This document shows, piece by piece, positions 40,834 to 49,787 of a stretch of DNA of 64,000 bases. A program made the translations under genes and the position numbers. Numbering within the stretch: the first letter of the stretch is position 1; the number at the start of each line of letters is the position of its first letter. A model generated the notes under the pieces. That model ran no database searches and was not told where the DNA came from. It saw only the letters and a list, made by a program, of their open reading frames with translations. The DNA comes from Rubripirellula sp. Its GTDB lineage: Bacteria; Planctomycetota; Planctomycetia; Pirellulales; Pirellulaceae. The stretch covers positions 384,001-448,000 of the forward strand of contig OZ244207.1 of assembly GCA_965216875.1 (NCBI GenBank), written 5' to 3'.

Positions 40834-42111
40834 ATGGGGATCATTATCCCGTTGGTGATCATTTTCTTTACTTGTTTGATCATTTGGCGCGCTTGTGATG
40901 GATTCGAGGTCGCGTCCGAATACATCGGCCGAAACATGTCTGAAGGTGTGCGGGGTGGAACGATCAATGCGATCTCAAGTTCGATCCCCGAGCTTTTCAC
41001 GACCCTGATTGCGCTCTTCGTGCTCGGGAACTTGGACGGATTTTCGATCGGCCTGGGGACAACCGCCGGAAGTGCGCTGTTCAACGGAATGATCATTCCG
41101 GCAGCCTGTATTTTGACTGTCATCGGCACGGTCGTGATGGGCGTCCATGTGACAAGTGTCAACGTGTCGAGCAAAGTGATCTTGCGCGATGGTCTGACGC
41201 TCATTGCCTGCGAGTTCATTTTGATTCTTTTGATCAATGGGACGACGCTGTATTGGTGGCAAGGCGCGCTGCTGATGGTCATGTACATCACCTACTTTGC
41301 GTACATGTTGTTGTCGATGAAATCCAAGGCTGCCGACAACGACGGTGCCGAGGATGATGATGACGAAGAAGACGACGACGAAGCAAAAGGCGGTTTTTTC
41401 TATTGGATTTCGGGTGGACCCATTCTGGATCTTGAACGCTGGTTCGTGCGTGACAAGCATCACGATCAGATCAAGAACGAGACCTGGAACGCATGGCCGC
41501 TGCTGTTGTCCGCAACGTCGCTCATCGGTGTCGCCTGCTGGATGTTGGTCAAAGCCTGTGAATGGCTTGGAACCGGGCCAGGCAATGAAGCCGAGCCACA
41601 CTACATCCTCTTTGGCCAGACGTTTGAAGGGTTCGGAATGCCGGCCATGTTCGTCGCGGTGATTTTCGCTTCGATGGCCACGAGCGTCCCCGATACAGTG
41701 ATCTCGATTCGCGACGCACGCGATGGCGACTACGACGACGCGGTCGCCAATGCACTGGGAAGCAACATCTTTGATATCTGTTTCGCCCTTGGTTTTCCGC
41801 TGTTTCTATACACGGTGATCCACGGCCCGATGCAGGTTGATGAAAGTGTCGCCCAGCAGAGTTCCGAGCTGCGTTTGCTGCTGTTGATTCTGACGGTATG
41901 CGGGTTCTTTGTGTACTACTTTGGCAAGCGTGGCGTTGACAAAGATGGGACTCAATACATTGAAATGAAACGCGGCAAGGCGATCATCTTGTTGCTGATT
42001 TACGTTCTTTTTGTCGTCTTCATCGTTGGCCGAAGTGCCGCCTGGCCGTGGGCCGAATCGATCTCGGCAAGCTTGCAGAAGCTGCTCGAACACCTCCCTT
42101 TGGCTGGTTGA
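40834..42111 (+). CDS. Sodium:calcium exchanger (CaCA family) with acidic loop
   Basis: alpha-1 SSIPEL..GSALFN, alpha-2 TSVPD..GSNIFD; DDDDEEDDDE loop. Confidence 0.88.
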   Translation: MGIIIPLVIIFFTCLIIWRACDGFEVASEYIGRNMSEGVRGGTINAISSSIPELFTTLIALFVLGNLDGFSIGLGTTAGSALFNGMIIPAACILTVIGTVVMGVHVTSVNVSSKVILRDGLTLIACEFILILLINGTTLYWWQGALLMVMYITYFAYMLLSMKSKAADNDGAEDDDDEEDDDEAKGGFFYWISGGPILDLERWFVRDKHHDQIKNETWNAWPLLLSATSLIGVACWMLVKACEWLGTGPGNEAEPHYILFGQTFEGFGMPAMFVAVIFASMATSVPDTVISIRDARDGDYDDAVANALGSNIFDICFALGFPLFLYTVIHGPMQVDESVAQQSSELRLLLLILTVCGFFVYYFGKRGVDKDGTQYIEMKRGKAIILLLIYVLFVVFIVGRSAAWPWAESISASLQKLLEHLPLAG

Positions 42112-42177
42112 ATCTCGCTAGCCAGTAAGGTAGCCTTGACCCCCCGTAATAACCCGATTTTAGATGAGGACTCATTG

Positions 42178-42621
42178 ATGGGCATTTTTGATGCACTACT
42201 CGGAGGCATGGAGAGCAGCGGCAAGCTCGGCCCCCAAGAATCGTTTGCCGGTATCCTTCTCGGTGCCAGCGCTTGTGACGGGCACATTGCCGATGATGAG
42301 GTCCAGAGTCTCGTGACCGCGTTGTTGCGAATGAAACTTTACCAACGCTTTGATGGCAACCAGTTCAACAAGATGTTGAACAAGTTGCACGGGATGTTGA
42401 AGAAGAAGGGTGTCGACGCTTTGATCGACGCATGCGTTGCTGGACTACCGCCGGAGTTGAACAAAACTGCGTTCACCAACGCTTGTGATATCGTCCTGTC
42501 AGACGGCATTGTCGAACCTGACGAGAAAGAGTTTATCGATAAGCTCCAAGCGAAGTTGCATATCGAACAAAACGCAGCGAAGACCATCGCGCAGGTGATG
42601 GTGGTAAAAAACAAAGGCTAA
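42178..42621 (+). CDS. TerB family protein
   Basis: ASACDGHIADDE, DIVLSDGIVEPDEKEFI. Confidence 0.85.
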   Translation: MGIFDALLGGMESSGKLGPQESFAGILLGASACDGHIADDEVQSLVTALLRMKLYQRFDGNQFNKMLNKLHGMLKKKGVDALIDACVAGLPPELNKTAFTNACDIVLSDGIVEPDEKEFIDKLQAKLHIEQNAAKTIAQVMVVKNKG

Positions 42622-42691
42622 ACGCATTACGCGTCAAGCTTGATTTCATGCCTTCAAGGTCCAGTTGTCTATTCTTGCCCCGGTGGTGTTA

Positions 42692-43138
42692 ATGTCTCTG
42701 TTTGATGAAGTATTGGAAGACGGCTCGTTCGATGAACAACCGTTTGGGCCTCAAGAAGGTTTCGCCGGAGTGTTGCTCGGAGCATCAGCATGCGATGGCC
42801 ACATCGCCGACGAAGAAGTCCAGGGGCTGATGACCTGTCTTCACCGTATGAAGCTTTATTCACGCATCACGCCCAACCAGTTTGGTTCGATGATGGACCG
42901 TTTACTGGGCGTGCTCAAGCGTGGTGGCCCCGAAAAGCTGTTGAACGTTTCCGTTCCAGCCGTGCCACCCGAGTTGCGCGAAACCTGTTTCGCAAACGCC
43001 GTCGACATCGTGCTTGCTGATGGCGTCGTCGATCCAGAAGAAAAGACCTTCATCGACTCACTCGCTGCGCAACTCGAGATGGATGAAAAGCGTTCCTTGG
43101 CGATCATCAAAGTGATGGTCTTCAAGAACAAAGGCTAA
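42692..43138 (+). CDS. TerB family protein (paralogue of the preceding gene)
   Basis: ASACDGHIADEE, DIVLADGVVDPEEKTFI, same KNKG* end. Confidence 0.85.
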   Translation: MSLFDEVLEDGSFDEQPFGPQEGFAGVLLGASACDGHIADEEVQGLMTCLHRMKLYSRITPNQFGSMMDRLLGVLKRGGPEKLLNVSVPAVPPELRETCFANAVDIVLADGVVDPEEKTFIDSLAAQLEMDEKRSLAIIKVMVFKNKG

Positions 43139-43183
43139 GCCAACTTCAAAGAGTGTTGGGCCTCGTTTCCACGCGGTCCGCGC

Positions 43184-43247
43184 CGTTCGTAGTCCCGCCT
43201 TTAGGCGGAATGAGAGAAGATTCCGGCTAAAGCTCGGTACTACGAAC
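43184..43247. repeat. REP doublet family B
   Basis: CGTTCGTAGTCCCGCCTTTAGGCGG...CCGGCTAAAGCTCGGTACTACGAACG between convergent genes. Confidence 0.85.
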
Positions 43248-43273
43248 GAGCGGCTCTTCTTTCTGCATTCGGT

Positions 43274-44188
43274 TCATGTCGTGCCAAGGAGTCGTCGAGG
43301 GTTGGCGTTGGTCCACTGATCAATTCGCTGGTCCGACACGCCAACCTTTTCCTTGAGGACACGCACCATTTCGGGCATCGTTGCCGCACAGCCGGCGAAA
43401 TGGGTACGGCACTGTGACCAAGCCGCGCCATCAGCGTCGACCTCAACGATTTGATTGCCCAGTTCATACTTGCCCGGACCAAGCCCCGCGGCGCTGATCG
43501 CATCGGTAACGATGACAACATTCTCGTCGGGAATGCAGCGCAGGTAGTTCGCAAGAGCGAAGGGCGGCAAGTGGTGACCGTCTGCGATGAGCGAAATCAT
43601 CAATCGATCCGAGCAACTCAGCGCACGCTGAATGATGTTGTCGTGGCGATTGATCTGATTGGCGCAGCCATTGCCCAAGTGTGTGAACAGTCTTAGGCCG
43701 GCATCGAGTGACTCGCGAAGTTGCTCAAGCGTTGCGTCGCAGTGGCCAGCGGCAACGATGATGCCTTGGTCGGAAAGCCAACGCGTGACTCTTCCGCCAG
43801 GATCGGATTCCGGAGCGAGAGTGACTAGTTTTGCGTGCCCGCCAGCGGCATCGATCAGGAGTTTTGCATCGTCAAGGTTTGCATCGCGTACTGCATCCAC
43901 CGGATGGGCGCCGACGAACCCCGTTTGCCGGTTGATGAAAGGCCCCTCGATGTGGATGCCTGCGATCACTTCATTGGCATCCGGCAGTTCATCGATCAGT
44001 TGCGCAATTCGGGAAATCCGAAGGGCCATCGTATCGAGCGGCGCCGTGATCACCGTCGCTAGGATTTGGTCAACGCCATCGGATCGGAGTCGCTTGCAAA
44101 CGCCAGTCAGCTGTTCGGGTGTAACGTGGTCACTGTTGAAGTCGACGCCGGCGTAGCCGTTGACTTGCAGGTCGACGAAACCGTTCAT
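43274..44188 (-). CDS. nagA: N-acetylglucosamine-6-phosphate deacetylase
   Basis: DLQVNGY.G, GIHIEGPF, VTLAPE, THLGN, IADGHH, VTDA. Confidence 0.9.
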   Translation of the reverse strand: MNGFVDLQVNGYAGVDFNSDHVTPEQLTGVCKRLRSDGVDQILATVITAPLDTMALRISRIAQLIDELPDANEVIAGIHIEGPFINRQTGFVGAHPVDAVRDANLDDAKLLIDAAGGHAKLVTLAPESDPGGRVTRWLSDQGIIVAAGHCDATLEQLRESLDAGLRLFTHLGNGCANQINRHDNIIQRALSCSDRLMISLIADGHHLPPFALANYLRCIPDENVVIVTDAISAAGLGPGKYELGNQIVEVDADGAAWSQCRTHFAGCAATMPEMVRVLKEKVGVSDQRIDQWTNANPRRLLGTT

Positions 44189-44949
44189 CAAACACGTTCC
44201 AGAGAGTGCATGGTTGATTCTGAAAGGTTGGCGGCCGACGCGTTATCGATAATCAGCGACGCTTGAGGATGGTTTCGCAGGATGCTGGCCGGCACTTCGG
44301 GGCTGATCGCGTCTTCCAAGGTCGCCCGAACGGCGTTGGCCTTTTGCGAGTCGGGGACGCTGCAAAAAATCTCGGCCGCGCTCATGATCTGCTGCACTGA
44401 CATGCTGATTGCGTGCGTGGGAACGTCTTCAAGTGAGCCAAACCAACCTTCGCCGACTTGCTGCATGCGACAGGGGTGATCGAGTTCCACCAGGATGTAG
44501 GGATCCGTCGTTTCAAAATCGGCTGGCGGGTCATTGAAGGCGAGATGGCCGTTTTCGCCAATGCCGACCAGTGCGAGGTCGATCGGGTGTTGAGTAATGC
44601 GTTCAGCGGCGTGGGCGATCGTCGCTCGAGGATCTGCATCGCCGGGCAGGAATTCAAAGCTTGCCAAAGGAACATGGTCGACGAAACGTTCTTGCAAGTA
44701 TTTACAAAACGAGGCGGGGTGCGATCGATCGATCCCAACATATTCGTCAAGATGAAAGCCGTGCACGCGCGACCAATCAATGTTTGGCTGTTGGGTCAGT
44801 TCGGCGAGGACTTCGAATTGCGAGGCTCCGGTGGCGACCACGATCGTGGCACGTTCCTTGGACGCGAGCGTTTTGCGAAGTGTTTCGGCCGCCGCGTTGG
44901 CAACCCACTTACCCATCGCCGGTCGGTCAGCGGTTAAGATTGTGCGCAT
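44188..44949 (-). CDS. nagB: Glucosamine-6-phosphate deaminase
   Basis: ATGASQ, FHLDEYVG, GIGENGHLAFND; stop overlaps the nagA start. Confidence 0.9.
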   Translation of the reverse strand: MRTILTADRPAMGKWVANAAAETLRKTLASKERATIVVATGASQFEVLAELTQQPNIDWSRVHGFHLDEYVGIDRSHPASFCKYLQERFVDHVPLASFEFLPGDADPRATIAHAAERITQHPIDLALVGIGENGHLAFNDPPADFETTDPYILVELDHPCRMQQVGEGWFGSLEDVPTHAISMSVQQIMSAAEIFCSVPDSQKANAVRATLEDAISPEVPASILRNHPQASLIIDNASAANLSESTMHSLERV

Positions 44950-45073
44950 TGAGATTTCTAGGTGTGGTGTTGGAAACGGCTATAGGATAGCAGGTCGGAC
45001 TTTTGTCGAGTGCGGCTTGCAAAGCAACAACGCCATGGTTTGGTTGGCCTGGCTAATACGAAGAGGTGTTAAA

Positions 45074-47242
45074 GTGCGTCAGCTAGCGTTTCTTCTCTTT
45101 CTCTCGTCGGCATCCTTCCTGTTTGCGGATGCTCCGCGAGTTCTTAAGCCGGGCACCCTGCCATCGGATGCTCGGCTCGGAAACCTGAAAACGCTCAACG
45201 GGCACTTTCCGTTTATCGTGTCGGCCGATCCTGGTCATTGGGACGTGCGTTCCGAACAGTTGCGGCGTCGTGTATTGGTGGCAACGGGGCTATGGCCCAT
45301 GCCAGAAAAAACACCGCTTGAACCGGTCATCCACGGCAAGGTGAAACGTGACGGGTTCACCGTCGAAAAGGTTTATTTTCAAAGTTTGCCTGGGCACTAC
45401 GTCACCGGTTTGCTGTTTCGTCCTGACACGCCATCGGAAGCGCCAAGACCAGCGGTGTTGAGTCCGCATGGACATGGTGGCCGGATGCAAAAGCACAGCG
45501 ATGCGGAACTTGCACGGCAGTTGTCGGTCGGTGCGGAGCACTTCGAACGCTCTGGGCAAATGCCAAAGATCGCACGTTGTGCTCAGCTGGCACGAATGGG
45601 GTGCGTTACCTTTATTTTTGACATGCTTGGCTACGCTGATTCGAAGCAGATCTCTCACTCTGTCGCGCATCGCCATCAAAATGCCCGGCCCGAGGAAGCC
45701 GATTCAACGAGTGATCGCTGGGTGCTTTACAGCGCGCAGGCCGACTTGCGACTGCAGTCGGTGATGGGGCTGCAAACGTGGAACTGCATCCGTAGCCTCG
45801 ACTTCCTCGCTTCGCTTCCCGATGTTGATCCCGATCAATTGGCGGTCACCGGAGGAAGTGGCGGTGGGACTCAGTCGATTCTCTTGGGCGCGATTGACGA
45901 AAGGGTCAAAGTGTCGTTCCCCAATGGCATGGTTTCGACTTCGATGCAGGGAGGTTGCTACTGCGAGAACTGCAACTACCTGCGAATCGATACAGGCAAT
46001 GTTGAGTTGGCGGCGCTCTTTGCGCCGCGGCCGCAGGCGATGACAGCGGCCGACGACTGGACTCGAGACATGATGAGCGACGGATACCCCGAACTGAAAT
46101 GGTTGTACGCCATGATTGGGGATGAGTCGGACGTTTATTGTCGACCCATGTTGCACTTCAAGCACAACTACAACTACGTCACCCGAGCGACGATGTATCA
46201 ATGGATGAATCGTCATCTCGAACTGGGGTTGGATGATCCGATCATCGAACGCGACTTTGAACCACTTACCGACGTCGAGGCGACCGTATGGAATGATGAC
46301 CATCCGCTGCCTGGAAAGGTTGGTGTCGAGCATGAAAGAGACCTTTGTCGATGGCTTGAGGATCAGGCCTCTGACAAGTTGGATCAGATTCGACCCCGAG
46401 ACGAAGAATCACTTTCGGAGTTTCGCCGTGTAATGGGTGGGGCCTGGGAAGTGATCTTTGACCGTTTGCCACCGACCGCCGGTGACCTACGATACGACCA
46501 GATCGGGCAGCTTGGCCCGAAGGATCTGTCGATCGAGCGCGGGTTGGTCGCAAACGATCAATCAAAATCCTCGCTGCCGGTTTTTGTTGTCGGCGATCGA
46601 GACTCCGCCCAGCGCGTGGTCGTTTGGAGCGATGGCCGTGGGAAATCAGCGGCCTTTGACGGCGGCCAGCCAAGCGAGCTGCTGCGGAATCTTGCCAATG
46701 ACAAGACTGTTGTGATTGTTGCGGACCTGCTCGGCCAAGGAGAGTTCAACGCTCACGACCGAGCCATCACCGTCCAGCGTCTGGTCGACGACAAACGCTC
46801 CTATTCTGCATTTACATTTGGATACAACCGGACGCTAACGGCCGAGCGATGCGGCGACATGCTTACGTTGATCGGGTACGCCAGAGAAATCGTTAAGGAC
46901 AACGTTTCGGTGTTGGGCACATCGGGATCGGCGGGATGGGTGGCTCCTGCAGTTGCAATCGCTGGCGCTCAAGTCGAGCGTGCCGTTGTCACCACAGATG
47001 GATTCCGCTTCGGAACCGTCTCATCCTATCGAGATGCGAATTTTGTGCCCGGTGCCGTGAAATACGGTGACCTGCCGGCCTTGTTGGCATTGCGGGCTCC
47101 TCACAAGACGATGGTTCTGGGAGAAACGGAAAGCCCAAGCTTGGTGACCGATGCGTTTGAGGCGACTGGCTATCCCTTCAATGTCGACTTCAAAAAAGGC
47201 CCAGTGAACGAGGAAGTCGTTCGTTGGCTTGTGCGTGACTAA
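45074..47242 (+). CDS. Exported acetyl-xylan-esterase-like alpha/beta hydrolase
   Basis: VEKVYFQS.PG, PAVLSPHGH, TGGSGGGTQ nucleophile elbow; GTG start after GAGG. Confidence 0.82.
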   Translation: MRQLAFLLFLSSASFLFADAPRVLKPGTLPSDARLGNLKTLNGHFPFIVSADPGHWDVRSEQLRRRVLVATGLWPMPEKTPLEPVIHGKVKRDGFTVEKVYFQSLPGHYVTGLLFRPDTPSEAPRPAVLSPHGHGGRMQKHSDAELARQLSVGAEHFERSGQMPKIARCAQLARMGCVTFIFDMLGYADSKQISHSVAHRHQNARPEEADSTSDRWVLYSAQADLRLQSVMGLQTWNCIRSLDFLASLPDVDPDQLAVTGGSGGGTQSILLGAIDERVKVSFPNGMVSTSMQGGCYCENCNYLRIDTGNVELAALFAPRPQAMTAADDWTRDMMSDGYPELKWLYAMIGDESDVYCRPMLHFKHNYNYVTRATMYQWMNRHLELGLDDPIIERDFEPLTDVEATVWNDDHPLPGKVGVEHERDLCRWLEDQASDKLDQIRPRDEESLSEFRRVMGGAWEVIFDRLPPTAGDLRYDQIGQLGPKDLSIERGLVANDQSKSSLPVFVVGDRDSAQRVVVWSDGRGKSAAFDGGQPSELLRNLANDKTVVIVADLLGQGEFNAHDRAITVQRLVDDKRSYSAFTFGYNRTLTAERCGDMLTLIGYAREIVKDNVSVLGTSGSAGWVAPAVAIAGAQVERAVVTTDGFRFGTVSSYRDANFVPGAVKYGDLPALLALRAPHKTMVLGETESPSLVTDAFEATGYPFNVDFKKGPVNEEVVRWLVRD

Positions 47243-47270
47243 TGCTACAGATTGCAATTGCGCACGTTAG

Positions 47271-47636
47271 CACTCTCCCTTGGGAGAGTCGGGCTCTCAG
47301 GCCCGGAGAAGGTCTTTTGCAACGGTTATTCCCTCCCCGGACTTTGCGTTCGACCCTCCCGCAGGCGGGAGGGTGATTGCTGGAGCTCGCGTTAACCGGG
47401 GCCAGCACTTCGACCTCATGGCACCATAATTGCGATCTGCAACACTAACGCAACAAACACTCGTTACGGTTCCGCCAGAGCAACTTCCAACGCAACTCAG
47501 GCAGTGCACGTGAGCCGCCGGCCGTGAGGCCTCGGGCCCTTGCCCCTACATGTGTAGGCGTTAGCTCAAATGCATTAGCGCTATCTGGTCCACGCGCAGT
47601 CGCGTTCATGGCCCGACGCTAGCGCGTACGGCTCAC
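47271..47636. repeat. Family C copy (inverted) plus family E arms (GTGAGCCG.../CCCGACGCTAGCGCGT.CGGCTCAC)
   Basis: Matches 37496-37610, 14649-14682 and 61323-61347. Confidence 0.8.
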
Positions 47637-47870
47637 GGGATCGTGCGCGATTACCGCAAGTAAAACGTTCAATCGTTGAGGCATCACCTCACGCGAAGGT
47701 TCTCTTGAGAACCAATCGCAGTAGGTGTTTGCGAAAAGAAGAGGCGAAGAGGTAATCGCGCGATAACGCACACGTGTCATTCGGGCGCAGCTTGTTGATT
47801 GTGTTGTTGGGAATCGGTAACTTGGTACCTTCGTTCAGCGCTCACGTCTCCGCAAACCTTTTCTGCACTG

Positions 47871-48371
47871 ATGAGCACGTCGGAATCCACAACGCCCAAG
47901 GCAGGTGGCGCCAAACGCAAGCTGGCTGTGATTGCCATGTTCTTTGTGATTGGTACGTCGCTAGGCGTCGGAGCATTTACCTTCGACTATGCCGAAGGAA
48001 CGTCGTACATGGGCAACGATTCAAGTGCCTGTGCCAACTGTCACGTGATGCAGCGTCATTACGATTCATGGCTCAAGTCAAGCCACCATGCCGTGGCTCA
48101 GTGCAACGATTGCCATTCGGACCCCAGTTCGACGTTCAGCAAACTCAAGTGTAAAGCGATCAACGGTTTGGCTCATTCGTATGCATTCACCACAGGTGAT
48201 TTTCACGAGCCGATCCAAATGACCGATTGGAATCGTGAGCAAACTGAAAAAACATGCCGCAAGTGTCACGAAGGCATGGTTCATCAAATCGATCTGCCCG
48301 GTTTGGCAAATGATGCTCAAGCCATGTCGTGTACTCGCTGCCACAACGACGTCGGACACCCTTGGCGTTAA
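47871..48371 (+). CDS. nrfH: Cytochrome c nitrite reductase small subunit (tetraheme)
   Basis: N-terminal TM; CANCH, CNDCH, CRKCH, CTRCH; upstream of nrfA. Confidence 0.92.
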   Translation: MSTSESTTPKAGGAKRKLAVIAMFFVIGTSLGVGAFTFDYAEGTSYMGNDSSACANCHVMQRHYDSWLKSSHHAVAQCNDCHSDPSSTFSKLKCKAINGLAHSYAFTTGDFHEPIQMTDWNREQTEKTCRKCHEGMVHQIDLPGLANDAQAMSCTRCHNDVGHPWR

Positions 48372-48374
48372 GTT

Positions 48375-49784
48375 TTGTTTGGGAGAAATCCGTTGACTGA
48401 CAATGCATCTCGTCGTCCCCTTTCGACATTCGGCGCACTTGCGATCACGGCCGTTGCCGCGGTGGGCGTTTTCTTTGGCCTCGGCTTGTTGATGGACATC
48501 AACGAGAAGAAACAAGAAGCGAAATTGCCGTTCTTCAAAGTTGTCGAGTTGACCGACGACACCGATGATCCAAAGGTTTGGGGGCAGAACTTTCCCTACC
48601 AATACGACACGTTCATCAAGACCGTCGACCACGAACGAACTCGGTTTGGCGGCTCGGAAACGATTCCCCAGGAACCGAGCGAAGACGATCCGCGTACCGA
48701 AGTCACCCCCAGCAAGTTGGAGCACATCCCGCAGCTGAAACGAATGTGGAACGGCTACGCGTTTGCGATTGATTACCGAGAAAAGCGTGGCCACGCCTAC
48801 ATGCTCGAGGACCAGACCTACACCAAACGGACTCAGGTGGTCGATCAGCCCGGCACCTGTATCAATTGCCATGCATCCACTTACGTTCCGTGGAAGAAGG
48901 CGGGCGATGGCGATCCGCACGCAGGCTACAAGAAGCTCAACCCGCTTCCGCTGAACGAGATTCGCGATCACTTTGGGCAAGCGATTTCGTGCATCGATTG
49001 CCACGATTCACAGACCATGGCACTGCGCATCACGCGCCCTGGGTTTCTCGAAGGGATCAAAGCGCTCAAGGCAAAAGAGGGAATTGAGGACTACGATCCC
49101 AACACCATGGCAACTCGCCAAGAAATGCGAAGCTACATCTGTGCCCAATGTCACGTTGAGTACTACTTCAGCGGCGAAGACAAAGACCTGGTCTTTCCCT
49201 GGCACAATGGCTTGAACGCCGATGAGATGTTGGCCCACTTTGATGAGAAGGGGTTCAAGGATTGGACGCACAAAGAAACGGGCGCCCCAATGATCAAGGT
49301 CCAGCACCCCGAATTCGAACTGTGGTCCAAGGGGGCTCACGCTGCAGCAGGTGTGAGTTGTTCGGATTGCCACATGCCCTACACCCGAGTGGGCGGCTTG
49401 AAGATCAGCGACCATCAAGTCCGCAGTCCTCTGTTGAATATCAACAACGCATGTCAAACATGCCACAAAGTACCCGAGCAAGATTTGTTGGCGCGGACCG
49501 AAGCGATTCAGGAACGCACCAAAGACATGTCAAAGAAGGCCTTGGATGCGCTTGTCGACCTGATCGACGACATCAAAGAGGCCAAGGAAAAGCACGAAGG
49601 CATCGACCTGACCGAGGCACAGCAACACCAACGCAAGGCGAGCTTCTACGTTGACTTTGTGGTGTCGGACAACTCGAACGGATTCCATGCGTCGCAGGAA
49701 TCCGCGCGACTGTTAGGGACGTCGATCGACTTTTCGCGAAAGGGGCAAAACGCCGTTCGCGATGCGATTGACAGTTTGGAGTAG
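48375..49784 (+). CDS. nrfA: Ammonia-forming cytochrome c nitrite reductase, pentaheme, CXXCH-type first heme
   Basis: W.GYAF..DY...RGH, CINCH, CIDCH, CAQCHVEYYF, KVQHPEFE, CSDCH, CQTCH, SNGFH; start uncertain. Confidence 0.93.
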   Translation: MFGRNPLTDNASRRPLSTFGALAITAVAAVGVFFGLGLLMDINEKKQEAKLPFFKVVELTDDTDDPKVWGQNFPYQYDTFIKTVDHERTRFGGSETIPQEPSEDDPRTEVTPSKLEHIPQLKRMWNGYAFAIDYREKRGHAYMLEDQTYTKRTQVVDQPGTCINCHASTYVPWKKAGDGDPHAGYKKLNPLPLNEIRDHFGQAISCIDCHDSQTMALRITRPGFLEGIKALKAKEGIEDYDPNTMATRQEMRSYICAQCHVEYYFSGEDKDLVFPWHNGLNADEMLAHFDEKGFKDWTHKETGAPMIKVQHPEFELWSKGAHAAAGVSCSDCHMPYTRVGGLKISDHQVRSPLLNINNACQTCHKVPEQDLLARTEAIQERTKDMSKKALDALVDLIDDIKEAKEKHEGIDLTEAQQHQRKASFYVDFVVSDNSNGFHASQESARLLGTSIDFSRKGQNAVRDAIDSLE

Positions 49785-49787
49785 TGG

